This document shows positions 47,303-49,442 of a stretch of 49,442 nt of DNA, in pieces. The translations under genes were made by a program, and so were the position numbers. The notes under the pieces are model-generated. The model searched no databases. It had not been told where the DNA came from and was given only the letters and a program-made list of their open reading frames with translations. The stretch's first letter is position 1; each line of letters starts with the position of its first letter. Source of the stretch: Octopus bimaculoides (taxonomy: Eukaryota); NCBI RefSeq assembly GCF_001194135.2, contig NC_069001.1, forward strand, positions 36,187,453 to 36,236,894, read 5' to 3'.

Positions 47303-48391
47303 TATATATATTTATATTTATATATAGATAAATAGATAGATAGATATATGCATGTGTGTATGAGTACATATATATATATATATGTATATGTATGTATATA
47401 TATATATACACACATATACTCACATACACACAAGCACACACACACACATGCAAACACACACACACACACACATATGAACCCATCTTCAAACTTATGCTCA
47501 TGCACACAGAAATACATGTACACATGCATTCATAAAGTACTTACTTACACACACACACACGCACACATACTATCACCCCCCCCCCNNNNNNNNNNNNNNN
47601 NNNNNNNNNNNNNCCCCCCCCACACACACACACACATGTAGATAAATACAAACAAAATACATGCACACACTCTTATCCTCTCAACCCAGTCATTATATAT
47701 TCAATGATATCATACTAAAAACATATCACAAAATATCTAGGTATTTTTTTGTACATTTTATTGTCTCCCTTTTCATTACCTCTTCACCCTACTTTCTCTC
47801 CTTCTTTTCTTTTCCTCCATTTTCTTTCCCTCTTTTCTATTCCTTCTCCCAGTTGAAGTGGCAAGCTTATTCGATTTATTTCGAGAGCTTGCTTGGCTTT
47901 CCCTCCTTATCTGTGGCTCCGAAAATATATTGCAATGTGTCCTCTTCTTAATCCCAGTGTGCAAGTGGTGAAGCCATAGAATAAAGATATGGAGAGAATT
48001 TGAATTCTTTAATTGACATTGTTGGAAGAACCAGGGCGAGTGAACAACTAGACTCGTTAAAAGGCTAGATGCATGGAGGATGGGGAAAATATGTCTAGAT
48101 TCGTTAGAAGACTAACTGCAGGCAAAAATCTAAATTCTATGAGAAGGCTAGAAGATGGCAAAGGCTGGATGAAGTCGAAAGCCTAATTCATTAGATATCT
48201 CAATGCAGGCTAAATTTAGGTTCGCTAAAAAAAAGGATTAAATGCAGACAAAACCCACCCCTTTAGAAGGCTGAGGATAGTCATTTAATCAAGGTTTAGA
48301 TTTGTTTTAAAGTTAGACACAAGCAAAAACTAAATGCAGACGGTTTCCTTTTACCAAACTGTTAAGTTAAAAAGATGTTTAGCATGTCAGA

Positions 48392-48780
48392 GGCCTGGTT
48401 GAGTGGTAAGGAGCTTGTTTCCCAGCCACATGGTTTCAGGTTCAGTCCCACTGTGTGTGATACCTTGGACAAGTGTCTTCTACAATAGCCCTGGACTAAC
48501 CAATACCTTGTGAGTGAATTTGATAGATGGAAATTGTATGGAAGCCCATCATATATGAATGTGTATGTGTGTGTGTATGCCTTTGTTTGCTTTCCAACCT
48601 CTCGACAACTGATGTTGGTTTGTTTATGTCCCTGTAACCTAGCAACTCGGCAAAAGTGACTGATAAAATAAAGACCAGACTTAAAAAATAAGTATTGTGG
48701 TTGATTTGTTTCAACTAAAACCCTTCAAGGTAGTGCCCCAGCATGGCCATGGTCCAATGACCAAAACAAGTAAAAAATAA
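48392..48780 (+). mobile_element. SINE family A, full length
   Basis: Colinear with 30613-30992. Confidence 0.88.
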
Positions 48781-48951
48781 GCCATTTCCTTTGGTCGTAG
48801 CTGTCATCTGTGACGGATGACAAAGTTTTCATTTCACCCCTAAGCATGAAAACTAAAAACTGTGGCACAGCAGCACAAATAAATGGCACCTGTAGCCCCA
48901 GATCAAACTAATGCTAGCAAAATTTCAGTCCCCCCCCCCAACAGATCCTTG

Positions 48952-49218
48952 CGAGTGGAAACTGAAAGAAGCCCATTGTATATGTATGGATATATCTACG
49001 TGTGTCTTTGTGTCTGTTTGTCCCTCACCGCCGCTTGATAACAGCTGGTGTGTTTATATCTTTATAACTTAGCAGTTCAGCAAAAGTGACCACAAAAATA
49101 AGTACCAGGTATAAAACAAATAAAGTCCTGGGGTCGATTCTTCCTATTAAAATTCTTTGAGGCTGTGCTCCAACATGACCACAGTCTAATGATAGAAACA
49201 AGTAAAAGCAAGTAAGTA
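48952..49218 (+). mobile_element. SINE family A, 5'-truncated
   Basis: gaaactgaaagaagccc...aagtcctggggtcgatt...ccacagtctaatga. Confidence 0.85.
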
Positions 49219-49442
49219 TGAAGACAAAAGACAGTTGCACATAATGTCTCAGAGTGACACTTGTTGCCTCTTATCAAAACAACATTGTTACAGGCTAAAG
49301 CCACTCTAGTCTGCCTAGCAAATAACTAACTCCGAAAGAACATTTTGTTAGCTTATTATAGTATAAAAAAAATTGAAGTAAAAAAAAAAAAAATTGAAGA
49401 TTTTTTCTTAAGATTTCTTTGGAAGCCAAAAACTAAAGTAAA

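Overview
This is a repeat-dominated eukaryotic genomic window, either intronic or intergenic. About 10% of it (19 gaps, about 4.8 kb) is N, and most gaps sit at (TA)n, (CA)n or (GGT)n tracts. The extreme microsatellite density and the interspersed-repeat families suggest an octopus (coleoid cephalopod) draft assembly; that is my recollection of these repeat families, not a database result. No protein-coding gene can be identified with confidence. Nearly all ORFs in the track are microsatellite translations or gap read-through, and only a few low-confidence orphan exon candidates remain. What the sequence does support: three tRNA-headed SINE families (called A, B and C here, about 25 copies or fragments), 5'-truncated RTE-clade LINE ends that keep the C-terminal GRPRKxW..DL..DR..W motif, two TTAA-targeting piggyBac-type MITE families in clusters, hAT-type termini and several minisatellites. 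The most unusual signals are a decayed but architecturally complete minimal type-I hammerhead ribozyme at 29815-29862, a tRNA-headed element carrying a truncated hammerhead core, a module shared between SINE families, a two-unit 20/40-bp minisatellite with AP-1 sites, and a hairpin-shaped cluster of homeodomain sites. Repeat boundaries are approximate (about +/-10 bp).
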